A stretch of DNA of 63,996 bases, counting the filler, from Ionaspis alba (taxonomy: Eukaryota): the NCBI GenBank assembly GCA_964255285.1. It is 8 parts of 8 records of this genome, joined end to end, with 100 filler letters (N's around TTAATTAATTAA, not from the genome) between each part and the next. Parts side by side here need not be neighbours in the genome. Positions count along the whole stretch, not along the records: positions 48,958 to 56,965 come from CAXUUL010000779.1; positions 57,066 to 63,996 come from CAXUUL010000875.1; 6 more parts are not named here. One strand, 5' to 3'. Shown one piece after another: positions 51,653-63,996 of the stretch. Numbering within the stretch: position 1 is the stretch's first letter; every line of letters begins with the position of its first letter. The notes under the pieces are model-generated. The model saw only the letters and a list, made by a program, of their open reading frames with translations. It was not told where the DNA came from and made no database searches. The position numbers were made by a program, and so were the translations under genes.

Positions 51653-53312
51653 ATGAATTCGCTGAACATCTTATCGGCTCGCGTCATTGGGCCCAGTCCT
51701 CCGCAAACGCCCTCACCAGGCAAAGCATCAAGGTCAAGATCTGTGAGCGAAGGTGTCAAGAACAAGATCACATCGTACGCGCCAAAGCGATCTGCCAGCC
51801 AGCATGAGAAAGCAGACTACCGCGACTCTGTCGAAGAGAAAAGCTTGGATCTTACAAAGCGAGAGGATGGCCTGCAGGACGGAGGACAGGATACCGAAGC
51901 GGTAGATGAGAAAACACCGCTACTTGAGGAATCCAAACCAGAGCCCGAGCTCGATATCAAACAGAGCAAGAACCGACTGCGCCTCGCTACCAAACGACTC
52001 GTTGACGCTCTCACAGAGTCCATCAAATGGGTTCTATCAAAATTGATAGCGCCTGGCGTCTACTTGGTCGCATGCTTCCGGGACAGTGAAGGGCACTTTT
52101 CGCCCTTGCTACCTGCGCGGAGAATACGTCGAAGAAGTGCGAACCGGAGTGGAAATACCTCGACCACGCGCGCCATTGGTCTTTCCGGATCATCAGATCC
52201 TCTGAGTCCTGCGCTCAAGTCCGATCTAACGAAGAGAGTCACGCGCTCTAGTACCTTAGCGGACAACGAGAAGAGCCGGACTATAGACACCGTGTCTGTT
52301 TCATCTTCGGACTCAGACATGGACCGAAGGTCAAAGACTAGCATACATCCTCGGGAATCTAGGTCCAAGGCCAAGGCTACGTCGCCTTCGGAGGACATTA
52401 CTCCCGCGAGACGATCTATACGAATAAAACTCAACAGCAGCGACTCAGCCCGTCGCCGGAAGGTGAAGAAAGATCTGGAGACAACCACTGGGTCTGTCGG
52501 TACAGATGAAAAATCGCAACAAATAGTTACGGCCGCAAATCTCAAATCACCTACATCACCAGCATCTTCACTCGGATTGACTAAATATCCTCGTGCACCA
52601 GCACCACCCAGACCTCTCATTCCTCGACGGCAACCTTCGTATTCATCTACTTCAACCCACCATTCATCCTCAATTCTTGCCCAAAAGACCCTGGTAATTG
52701 ACCTCGACGAAACATTGATTCATTCCATGGCAAAAGGAGGCCGCATGTCAAGCGGTCACATGGTTGAGGTAAAACTCTCCCACCCAGCAGCCTACAACGG
52801 CCTCTCTCTCGGGCCCCAACATCCTATTCTATATTATGTGCATAAACGCCCACACTGTGACGATTTTCTACGCAAAGTCTGCAAGTGGTATAATCTAGTT
52901 GTCTTTACTGCATCAGTTCAGGAGTACGCGGATCCCGTCATCGATTGGTTGGAGCAGGAGCGGAAGTACTTCTCTGCAAGGTACTATAGACAACACTGTA
53001 CATTTCGAAATGGTGCATACATAAAAGATTTAAGCTCTGTGGAGCCAGACTTGTCTAGAGTTATCATTCTGGACAACAGTCCTTTGAGCTACATTTTTCA
53101 TGAAGGTATGGAGATTAGAGATCCGTCTCTGAGTTCTCAATGGTGCTGATTCATAATCGCCAGATAATGCGATTCCGATCGAGGGCTGGATCAACGATCC
53201 AACAGACAACGACCTGTTACACCTCATACCGCTTCTCGAAGCTCTGCAGTACGTGACGGATGTCAGGGCATTGTTAGCATTAAGGCGAGGAGAATCAGAG
53301 GCGGCGCATTGA
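51653..53312 (+). CDS. NEM1: NIF/FCP1-family HAD phosphatase, Nem1/CTDNEP1 (intron 53106-53163)
   Basis: KTLVIDLDETLIHS (DxDxT), LYYVHKRPHCDDFL, VFTASVQEYADPVIDWL, ILDNSP...NAIPIEGWINDPTDNDLLHLIPLLEALQYVTDVRALL. Confidence 0.93.
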
Positions 53313-53760
53313 GCAATTTATGGATTTGTGCTACTAAAGGTTGGAGGGTTTACCTCAGTTCTTCGTGCTTTGTATTTCTAGGCCCATACTTTGATGAGCG
53401 TCCTGGTGCTGTATCGGAACCACAAAAGTGCGAGAATCACATATCCCGTCTGTTTGACCTGTTTACTCATGGCTGGTGACTGTGGACTGAATGCATCTGA
53501 ACTCTGTCGACAGGAAAATTTTGAGGCGTTTCTGATTCGCTCTCATTGCGTACCGTGTGGTGGCGGAAGTTTTCTAGGCATTCCTCATGCTCTACTTTGT
53601 GCTTGTCGTTCATGCATTGAGTGTTACCCTAAGGCGAAAAGTGAGCTTTTAAGCGAGCTTTTGGTCGCAGAGTTCTCCGATACCTCATTCCATCATCTCC
53701 TATTTCATCTTCTATCTCCAGATCACCCTCATCTAACTCACTTCTTTCGTCAATCCCACA

Positions 53761-54629
53761 ATGGTTCTGAAACCAAGTAAGAGGGTGTCAATCAACGCCA
53801 TCTTCCAAAAAGACTTTGGCAAACATTCAAATCCAGCGGTAGGACACTCGACCAGAGTATCCAAGAACCCTTACAATGCCAGGAAAGACACAAAGCCCCA
53901 TAATCATCCACTAGCGGACGAGTTCAGCGGTAGCATGCTTCGACTTTGGTTCCATATTGTATTAATGCTGATGTTAGATGCGCAGACAGCATCGAGCGTT
54001 CGCGCACCGAGATTCTCAACAACGCCAACTCAGCCATCTCTTCAACTCATCACAATCTCAACGCTCGCCTTGCTGTCGTGAATGGAAAGACATCGGCTCT
54101 CATTGAGGAGGCAACAAAGCTAAGAAAAGAGCTCACACGGCCGCTGGACGACGAGAAGCTGCAATTCACTGACAAAGATGGAAAGCCCGCCGGTGTCGCG
54201 TTACTAGGCGATAGGATCAAGAGATTCCGTAAGACAGTCGTGGTTGTGGAGAAGGAGCTCAATGTTTCGTGGACGGAGCTAGATGAAGTACAACAAGAGA
54301 TCAAGGAGCTCGCCATGGAGATGCTGGGACCTGATGCCATGGATGTTCTGCGAGAGCATCTAGCAGACGCCAACGGTGAGAGGCAGGCTGATCGAGAAGT
54401 TATAAACATGGAACAGGAGATTGAGGCACAGAAGCAAAGACTGAAGAAGGAAATCGAGGAGATGAGCCGAGATTTCATTGAGCGGATGAATGCCAGCGAG
54501 AAGGTATGCCGTGCATTCGTACGTTCCGCGAGCTATCTTGCTGACAAGGCTCCGATGGTCTAGGAACTGATTGTCCGTGCCAACAAGCAGCGACAAGGTT
54601 TTCTGATGGCTTTCAGAGAGGATAATTGA
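53761..54629 (+). CDS. Hypothetical coiled-coil protein (three exons)
   Basis: GT-AG introns near 53929-53985 and 54504-54563 join three frames. E/K-rich heptad-like segments; ends AFREDN*. Confidence 0.65.
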
Positions 54630-55291
54630 GTGCTTCATATCAAAGGATGAGATTGCTACCATTCCACAACACTGGTTGATGTATATCCTCAACACTTTTC
54701 ATACTTATCTTTTATATGCGCAGCAGCCGCAGTTTGTATCACTAGCTATCACACGAACATCAATTAGCTCATCCTCTGTTAGTTGCCCGAAAAATGCAAG
54801 CAAGGCTCTCCTTCGAAATTCATAATCCCCATGCATACCGTGAATATCCCGAACCGCTTATTGGCGGTTTTCGGCGGTAATATATTTGTTGCTCGACGTC
54901 AGGGCGGCTCGTGATCGAATCTAAACCCTAAAAATTCAATGGCTCGCGGCGGGATTGCGAAAATATTCCAGGCGTGACTGTTGACCGCCGATGTCGGCAG
55001 AGCCATAGCTCCGCTTTTGCCTTGCAAAGCATCCTCGAGCTTGTCAACACTATAAGCTGGATCTGCACGTCCCACTTTAGCAGTCACCCATGTGCGGAAG
55101 ATGCTTGCTTCAATCGATAAGCACCCTAGGGTGCGCTTAGCAGAAGAGTCATAATGCTCTTCTGTCCCCTCTTTACAGCTGCTCTCCTCTTTAATCTCTT
55201 CACATCATAAAGCAACGTGCATTGGGCGGTCACCTTCTGTTGCTTATATTTATAAGTGTCTTGCAGCTCAATTGATCAACAAGTTTCGACA

Positions 55292-56763
55292 ATGTCTCCC
55301 TCTGCTCTTTTGCCTGAATCTACAAGCCAGCTTGTGGCAGACGGCGTCACTCATACAATCAACAAGACTGCTCATTCCCTCAAGCCAATTACTAATGGTA
55401 CCGTTTCACGCCTTGCAGAACTCGATGCCTCGAGGTTAATCTACACCCGTAACACCAGCCCAAAGGCCGTCCCTGAACCCAACTCGGCTGAAGTTTGGGC
55501 TCAAGCAACGTACACTTCTACCGATATCCCACACTTTTCCAACACCAAGCTAGTACTAATACTACCCTAGGTGCACTGACCACATGATAACCTGCAACTG
55601 GACCTCCACAACAGGGTGGTCTTCACCGCACCTCGAACCCTACGGCCCGTTCTCCATCATGCCCACAGCCTCGGTCCTACACTACGCCACCGAGTGCTTC
55701 GAAGGCATGAAAGCCTACCGAGGCCACGACGGCCGTCTCCGCATTTTCCGCCCGGACCGCAATACCCGCCGTATGCTGCGGTCCGCCACCCGTATCGCCC
55801 TTCCAGCTTTCGACCCGGACGAGCTACAGAAACTCATCGTGACACTCCTTGGCGTCGATGGTGAGAAATGGCTCCCAAGATCGCGTCCAGGCAGTTTCAT
55901 ATACCTCCGCCCGACTATGATTGCCAATGGGGCCGGACTGGGCGTGCAGAAACCAAAGGAAGCCCTTCTTTACATCATCGTTTGTTGCTTCCCTAGTTTC
56001 GATGAACCGAATGGTACAGTCAGAGCGGATCCTACTCACACTAATGGGATACCTCTTACGAATGGTCATGCTCCCACACCTCAAAACCCCGGACTCCGTC
56101 TGCTCGCCAGCAAGGACGATATGGTTCGCGCATGGCCTGGAGGGTTCGGGTACGCCAAAGTGGGCGCTAACTACGGTCCTTCTCTCATTGCTCAGGCAGA
56201 GGCACGGGATCGAGGCTACGATCAGATTCTGTGGCTTTTCGGGAAAGATTGTGAGGTCACAGAGGCCGGGGCGAGTAATTTCTTTGTGGTGTGGAAGACA
56301 CGGGAGGGTAGGATGCAGATCGTGACCGCGCCACTGGATGATATGATTATCTTGGATGGTGTCACGAGAAGGAGTGTTATCGAGCTTGCGAGAGAGAGGT
56401 TGGGCGACGAGTGCGAGGTTGTGGAGAGGAAGTATGGGATGGAAGAGGTGCTAGAGGCTTTGGAAGAAGGGAGATTGGTGGAGGCTTTTGCGGCCGGGAC
56501 GGCAGTATGTGTATTCTTTTCTTTTGTCGTCTTTGATGCATTATGAGATCGACTGGACATTTGGGCTGACTGAGTTGCAGTTCTTCATTTCTCCGGTCTC
56601 GGAAATCCATTTCAGAGGAAAGGATCTGGAAATCCCGCTTGTTGAGGGCGTTTCTGGAAGATATGCTGCTCTGCTCAAGACGTGGCTGAAGGATATCATG
56701 TATGGTAGGGAACAGCATCCTTGGGGCGTTGTAATCGATGAGGTCGGCCTTGATGCATTCTGA
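55292..56763 (+). CDS. Branched-chain amino acid aminotransferase (class IV PLP), three exons
   Basis: TDHM, LHYATECFEGMKAY, IFRPD, YLRPT, PLP lysine in GYAKVGANYGP, TEAGASNFF, ILDGVTRRS, EAFAAGTA. Confidence 0.95.
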
Positions 56764-56965
56764 GATCTAATGCATGCGAGTACTTGCTTTTGTCAGTTGT
56801 TCTTTTTGCCGGTGGTTCTCGCTTTGCGCGCATATAATTGATACCAGATAGACCATATGCAGAGCATAGAAAAACAAAAGTTCAGCCTCTAGAAACCTGA
56901 CCTATGATTCCACGGGAATCTTACATGCTTGCACCGTACAGAAATATACATGCACACCCATATGC

Positions 56966-57065
56966 NNNNNNNNNNNNNNNNNNNNNNNNNNNNNNNNNNN
57001 NNNNNNNNNTTAATTAATTAANNNNNNNNNNNNNNNNNNNNNNNNNNNNNNNNNNNNNNNNNNNN
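56966..57065. other. Artificial contig spacer
   Basis: N44-TTAATTAATTAA-N44. Confidence 0.98.
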
Positions 57066-57346
57066 TGCTGCATGCTTGGCACGATCACGTCGACCTATGA
57101 AGACCCCTGCAGCGCAATCTTGCTAGTGAAGCTGGAAGCTAGCAAAAAATCGGCTACGAGTATCATCTTGCACATCTCGGCCTAAGTGAAGCTGCTCAGA
57201 AGTCTAGCAATTGTAATATCCCTCCCACCTACCCGTCGTCTCAGCCGGCCTCTCGTCTCCATCTCCATCTCCGAGCTTTGATACACTCTGTCGAACGCTC
57301 TCAAGAAAATATTGAAGGTCGCTCGCCACCCCAGAACCTCCCTACG

Positions 57347-58553
57347 ATGACGGAAGAGAAGTCCACCGCTTCGGGCTTCGTGAATGAGAATGCTCTTATG
57401 ACAGCCATACGCGACACATATATATCGTTCTCGGAGCGGCGGGAGGCCTTGGGGCTGCCGAATCCAGGCACGGTGGACAATATTAACAGAGAGGTCCAGA
57501 AGGATGTCTTTCTTACGAACTACATGTTTACCGGGCTGCGCGCCGACTTGACCAAGGCTTTCAGCATGGCACCACTCTTCCAGGTGTCTCATGCTTTTTC
57601 AATGGGCTCGCAGGGGATGCCACCATACACGTTCGCATCATTGTATGGTACAAACAATGTTCGTGTGCCCGGCTTTGCAGAGCGTGCAGCAACTTGACTG
57701 ACAGGCCGTCTAGGTATTTCTGCAGGGCAACATTGATAACGAAGGTCAGCTGGCTGCTCGGGCCAACTATCGATGGACCGATAGGCTGGTCACCAAGACC
57801 AATGCACAAATCGCGCCTGGGCCTGGTCAGGGAATGTTACAGGTGGAGAATGATTACAACGGCAAGGACTTTACAGCTTCCATCAAGACTTTGAATCCAT
57901 CATTCTTGGATGGCGGCTTGACGGGAATCTTTGTTGGGAGCTACCTCCAGTCGGTGACCCCAAGTCTAGCCGTGGGCCTGGAAGCGATATGGCAAAGAAC
58001 AGCCCTCAACGCAGGTCCAGATACCGCACTCTCGTACTGTGCTAAATACAAAGGCGCTGACTGGATTGCGAGCGCACAACTGCAGGCACAAGGGGCCATA
58101 AGTACATCATACTGGCGAAGGCTGACTGAAAAGGTTGAGGTCGGCGCGGACCTCAATCTCCAATTTCAACCTGGAATGGGCGGTCTGGGAGGTCTACTCG
58201 GGTCGGGGGTGCGGAAAGAAGGCACTACTACGTTCGGCGCGAAATATGATTTCAGAGCCTCGACGTTCAGGGCACAGGTCGATAGCACGGGTCGCTTGAG
58301 CTGTCTCTTGGAGAAGAGAGTGCTTCCGTTTGTGCAATTGACCTTCGCCGGCGAGCTCGACCAATTCAAGGTTTGTGACCCTCAGCTTCACAATGTGACA
58401 TATGATTTCTTCCAGTATAATTGCTGACATTTTCTCGCACCACAGCAACAAGCGAAGGTCGGACTCGCAGTCTCGGTTGAAGCGCCAAACGAAGAGCTCA
58501 TGGAGCTGCAAGAAAGTGCCCCGGCAGCCAACGCCGTGACGCCTCCGTTCTGA
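57347..58553 (+). CDS. TOM40: Mitochondrial outer membrane import channel Tom40 (three exons)
   Basis: [69 protein letters not shown], ending PPF*. Confidence 0.96.
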
Positions 58554-61500
58554 GGCCAGTAAGTGGCCCGCCCGAGCTGGGCATCACCCGAATCCTGAAT
58601 CCTACCCGCCTTGCCTCAGCCAATCTTTGTTCGCCTCCGACCACTCTTCTCTCACTGTCTTATTACGAACCTGTGGATATCATGTGCATAGCATCCCGCT
58701 CGCTTTTTGCGGGCGGTGTCCGTCCTGTCACGATGGCTTGCCGATAGAGATATTCTTTCTCCACTAGACTTTGGCGACGTCGATCCACGTCTTTGAGTTT
58801 CTTCTGGGGCGCTGGGTAGCGAGGTTGTTGTTGTTGTCCATGTGCATCACCATCTCATGTATCAAAATTCAATAATCTGTGAAGAGGAAGCGTTTGATAT
58901 TCTCCTGTGGACTTTACGAATCACAGGGTGCTGTAAATTAGCATGTCGATCTCGTGTTCCTAAAATTGGCAGGTGTTTCCAAAAGGCCATGGCTTGGCTT
59001 GCTGATGCAGCCGAAACCACGTGAACGGGCTACCAACTCATCCTCCACTTGCCCTGGAAAGCTGTAAATCTAGGGGAAATCATGGGCGTAGTGTGGGATG
59101 GACGGAAGTGATGAAGCTACCAGTGTAGAACGTACATACATCCATGATTTCTCCCGTTCCCGACAATTCCATCAATTTCTCCAAGCGGGATCCATGGGCC
59201 CTTTGGGTCAGGAACGGAGTGGTTGGTCGCACATGCGGCGTCTTCAACGAAGCACGAGACCCAGCAGCCAGACCCACAACGGCTGAGTTTCCAAGTGGGT
59301 CGACTGCAGCCAATCAAATGATCTCCCAAGAATCGTGGAGATGCGTTTCCTCCGTCACGCGGTCATGAGGGCACATTATTGTCAACGCGGTCAAGTTCCA
59401 GCATTATTATCGTCCAGCCAGCAGGTAAGCTTAACGCAATGCGAGGCTTCAGAATTCCCTGCTTCCCGAACTCTACTTGTACTAACCATGTTCCCTGTCT
59501 TTGCTCCTTCATCAGGTGAGCCTCTAACATTTTCTTTCCTTTGCTCAGTCTCACACGCGGCCAATGGGTCTCAGCTTCGTATAAATGACCATGTGGCAAA
59601 TGGATGGCAAAGCGGCTCCGGAAAGCCTCCGGACGGGGATGCTCAGCCAATCATCGACCATGAGCCGCCTGTATCTTCAATCCAGAATGTCCTCCCCTTG
59701 CCGAGTGGAAGCAGGCGAAGACTGTTACGTAGGAAGGGAGTGGGTAAATCCTGCGATCTTCCGCTCCGAAACCCTTTTACGATATCGAGCGACGGCCGCT
59801 GCCCCCTTCCCATCTGCACGCCAGATGCAGTTCAATCAATAATGACCATTCGAGTTCGTCATGCGTGTCGCCGTAAGCCCGTGAAAATAGCCTGGGTCGA
59901 GCAGGGACCAGCTTCGAGATGGATTCCCGTCGTGCATGTCGCAACCAGTGGGGGGGAGCTTTCATTCATTTTACAACAACCACGGGAGCACTACTGAACG
60001 GGAGAGGGGGTTACCGAGTAGAGATTGGAGGAACGTTGGAATGCAAAGCCGTTCGAGGAACTCCGTGGCTCATTCTTCTTCTACAAACCCAGCGGTTCTG
60101 CGCAGAAAGAGTCGTTCTGCACTTGCAGCTCAAACATGCATCCCATTTGCTTTTGGGACGGGTGGGAATGCTTCACCATTGCCCAATGATGACAGTCGAC
60201 GGACAGGTGTAGCTCTTGCAACGGACCAGCCCACCAGGTCGTCAGTAGTTGCTGCATGACATCGCCAGCGTCCAACCAAGTCACGCCCAGCACAACTGGC
60301 TCGACTCGCTAAGTAGGAGATAGCGGGCGCCTCGATTGCAGTGGGGGAAACCAAAGATGTCATCCCATCTAGCCGTTTCCATGTGGCTCACTAGATGGAG
60401 ATGAGGGACCTGACCTGAAATAGTAGATTATTCGAGACTATGCTCGATATGAAGATGGAGAAGACACAATGGGATGGTAAAGGTCGACGACGGAGGAGTG
60501 AACTAGCGAGAGGAAAGTAGTTGGAAGTTCCCACAAAAGGCTGGATGATATATTTCCAACAAATCCCACCGAAGCACGGTCCATGCTGGCGGATGGACGC
60601 CAAGACCAGTGGAAAGCCACGGAGGCAGCAGGGATCGCATAACTGAAAAATAGGAGCATGAAGGCGATCATGGCCGTGATCATGATCACGGCCTCTTCAG
60701 CCAGACTTCCAGGTACTGTACTGCTCCTGTCTGACCTGCCTTGACGTGCCCCACGCCGCAGTGCAGGAAAGGTGCAGAGATCACACAGTTGTAGACATCT
60801 AAACTGTTTTCATCCAGCGCCACCACAGAAAACTGCCCTCATTCAGGGCGAGACAGAGACAGACTCCCAAGTGCCCATCATCGTCGTTATTCTTATTGCA
60901 CCCACACCCACGAATGGTTGGGATGATGCTAAACTATTGGCCTCATACCCCCCTTAACGGTCTAGCTAGCTTCTCCGTAGCAGTAGGGGAAATGGTCACG
61001 AGGCAAGCAAAATGGACCCAAACAGCAGATCCCAGCAAGAACAGGAGCACCAGAAACCAGCCCATGGGGTTACGAATTAGCAGCCATCGTCCTACTCACT
61101 CCCGCCTATACAGCAGCATCATGCCAAACCTCGTCCCCGCAAAGACTCGTCTTGCTCTTTCTCCCCTCGCCCTCCCTTCCTTTCAATATATTATTATCAT
61201 CATCACCATCATCATTATCAATTATGCCATTGTTGTTGATCATTGAAACTGAATCATAACGTCGGCATCCTCCATTACCGCCAGTACCACCACAACCGCC
61301 TCCAAGGATACTGGTACCGACCCATCACTAGACCATCCGGCTAAAGCAACACAATCAATCCACTTCCTCCCCCAGGCCGGCATCTTTGATCTCAGGGAAT
61401 CGACCTCTCGTGTGCTCCTCCACCTCTTCCAACCCCAGCGCTAAATCACCAACCGAGAAACCTTCCCCTCAAGTTTGATCGAACCGCAGAAAAGGCAAAG

Positions 61501-62004
61501 CTTCTTCCTCCACCAAAAGTCGCACAAGGTCACAGGTAAGAAAGAGTAGTCGCTGCCGCGAACAATAATCATTCTCTCCGAACACCATCCAACCATCCAA
61601 CCATCAGCAACCACACCTACCGAACCCGCCGTACCCTCTCTTGCAAACCCTCTACTCTTCGTCAAAGCCCACCATTCACCTAAGCCTTGGTTCCTCTTCG
61701 CCTCTCCCCACCCCTCCCTCTCATCCAACCTACAGTTACACTATACCCAGCTCCTCCACGCATCCATTTTTGTCCCCCCGCAGAAAACACAAAGCACTGT
61801 TCTCCTCAGGCCTCGTCCGGCTCCCCACGCCCTATCCAGGTACGCACATGCTCAATTGTCGAGATACTGCTGCCAGCTGTGCTTTGCTGTCGCTACCCGC
61901 CCGGAATCTCCCTGACTACTAAAAACACCCCTTCCCACAGCAGGGGATCGGAATCTTGAAGACTTCGAATTCCCCTGGCGAACAGATAAGATTGTGCGCA
62001 TATT

Positions 62005-62151
62005 ATGGCTGACTTCGCCGCATCAAGCAGTTCATTTCTAAACCGCGAACACCTCCGGTCTTTGGCAAGCGATTCGATCCTGCAACACCATTGCAGGAAC
62101 TATCGATTGAGTCTCTGCACGTTACCAGACATCCTCCCATTGTATCCTTAA
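62005..62151 (+). other. Putative 48-codon uORF in the GSK3 5' leader
   Basis: ATT-ATG-G context (A at -3, G at +4); the only ATG between 61941 and the main start at 62635. Confidence 0.4.
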
Positions 62152-62634
62152 ATCGACCGACCGTTCACTCTCGGCTTGAGCAATAATCATCAAGGCGGCT
62201 TCTTCACCATCTCATCACCGCATATCTTCACCGAGACCCTTCCCGAGGCTCTATTTTGTTTGGACGCCCACTGTCATACCGACCCACTCAGCTCCATAAT
62301 TATTTCCATCCTGGAAGCCTTGAGGTGATACTCGTCTGTTGCTTCCCGGTCGATCATCACGCCCTCGATCGAACTTACCTCGACGCGCAGACTTCAGCCT
62401 CTCGTTACCCTCGTAAGCGCGACACACGGCCGTCAACTCACATCACGCCTCCGTCGCCTCCGCTGCACCTACCCCCTCTTGTGACCGTGGAACACATTAT
62501 CGCTCCAACTTCGCCCAATACGGACTCATTCACGACCCTCACGTTGTTTCGTCATCCACTCCTCAACTCGAGTCCTCCGTACTCTCGATAGCGAAACGTC
62601 CAACAAGGGAGCCTGACGTCTGGTTGTGCACATC

Positions 62635-63996
62635 ATGTCTTCAAGCAACCGGCCCGCAGCTTTCTCAGGCCTGCGCATGGGAGGTAAGATAATACCGGTG
62701 ATAGATATTGTCAAGTAGAGTTCGGAAAAGCTAAGAGATTTGCAGAAGTGGTGCGCGAAAAAGTTCAAGATGGCTTGACGGGAGAGACTAGGGAAATGCA
62801 ATATACCCAATGCAAGATCGTCGGAAATGGGTCCTTCGGTGTGGTGTTCCAGACAAAGCTCGCCCCGAATGGCGAGGACGCAGCGATCAAGAGAGTATTG
62901 CAGGACAAACGATTCAAGGTAAACGTGAAAATGGATCCTTAAGCCTGGTGCGGGTACTGATGGAATGCAGAATCGTGAGCTTCAGATCATGCGTATCGTC
63001 AGACATCCGAACATTGTGGAGCTCAAGGCTTTCTACTACTCTAATGGAGAGCGGGTAAGTCTTTCTGCTGCAATATCCGGAACTTCTGTACGCCTCCCCT
63101 AGCTAACGCAAATGGCCGTCGAATAGAAAGATGAAGTTTACCTCAACCTGGTCCTCGAATTCGTTCCAGAAACCGTGTACCGAGCATCGCGCTTCTTCAA
63201 CAAAATGAAGACAACCATGCCAATCCTGGAAATCAAGATCTACATCTATCAGCTTTTCCGCTCGTTGGCGTATATCCATTCCCAAGGGATATGTCATCGA
63301 GATATCAAGCCGCAGAACCTTCTCCTGGATCCAAACACTGGCGTTCTCAAGCTGTGTGATTTCGGAAGCGCCAAGATACTGGTTGAGAACGAGCCAAACG
63401 TTTCATACATATGCTCACGATATTATCGTGCTCCTGAGTTGATATTTGGTGCGACGAACTACACAACCAAAATTGGTGAGTACTGTGGAAATTGATTCTA
63501 CTATGGTCATGAGCTGAGAACGGTGCTAGACGTATGGTCGACAGGCTGCGTTATGGCGGAGCTTATGCTTGGCCAACCTTTGTTCCCGGGCGAATCTGGA
63601 ATCGATCAGTTGGTGGAGATCATCAAAGTGCTCGGAACACCTACGAGGGAGCAGATTCGGACCATGAACCCTAATTACATGGAACACAAGTTTCCACAAA
63701 TCAAGCCACATCCGTTCAACAAGGTAACGAAAAAGGCAAAATAGAGGGATTGCAGGAGATACCATGCTAATTCCATATTCAGGTATTCCGCAAAGCATCC
63801 CCCGAAGCAATCGACCTCATAGCAGCACTACTCGAGTACACCCCCACTCAGCGCCTCTCAGCGATCGAAGCCATGTGCCATCCTTTCTTCAACGAGCTGC
63901 GAGAGCCAAACTGTCGATTCCCCGACTCCCGCCACCAAGGAGCCGCATCGAAAGAGCTACCCAATCTCTTCGATTTCTCAAGACACGGTGAGTTCT
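62635..63996 (+). CDS. GSK3: Glycogen synthase kinase 3, multi-exon; 3' end beyond the window
   Basis: [84 protein letters not shown]. Confidence 0.97.

Noticed and set aside
59335..60689. 220-aa and 83-aa ORFs between TOM40 and GSK3
   Set aside because: No motifs or coding-like composition; likely intergenic.
62614..62634. Non-AUG N-terminal extension of GSK3
   Set aside because: In-frame TGA at 62614-62616, seven codons upstream of the ATG.

Overview
Filamentous ascomycete (Pezizomycotina) nuclear DNA, judged from GT-AG introns of mostly 50-100 nt with CTRAC-like branch sites and fungal housekeeping genes. The window is not one locus. It is eight ~8-kb contigs joined by an artificial 100-nt spacer (N44-TTAATTAATTAA-N44) in non-increasing length order (>=8095, 8074, 8062, 8054, 8036, 8036, 8008, >6931 nt), so neighbourhoods across spacers are meaningless. 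Genes by contig: (1) PH/LRR protein and an Hcm1/Sep1-type forkhead factor; (2) phospholipase C; (3) Mn-type CDF transporter and an RRM+YTH protein; (4) atypical kinase, GNAT, SidL-type siderophore acetyltransferase and the 3' end of an FAD oxidoreductase missed by the ORF track; (5) Snt1-like SANT protein and a decayed F-box-like pseudogene; (6) a small hypothetical, LaeA-like methyltransferase, DIM1 and HRP1-like two-RRM protein; (7) GCD7, NEM1, a coiled-coil hypothetical and a branched-chain aminotransferase; (8) TOM40 and GSK3. No tRNA, rRNA, CRISPR or intact mobile element was recognised, and no clearly new multi-gene system. The best leads are a recurrent A/C-to-G/T strand-skew flip inside genes, a 1.12-kb intron plus TDP-43-like motifs in HRP1, an intron-embedded in-frame start in the YTH gene, a strong-context uORF in the GSK3 leader, a CACGT cluster, and a shared P-[TR]-G-P motif. 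All identifications come from motif recognition, not database searches.
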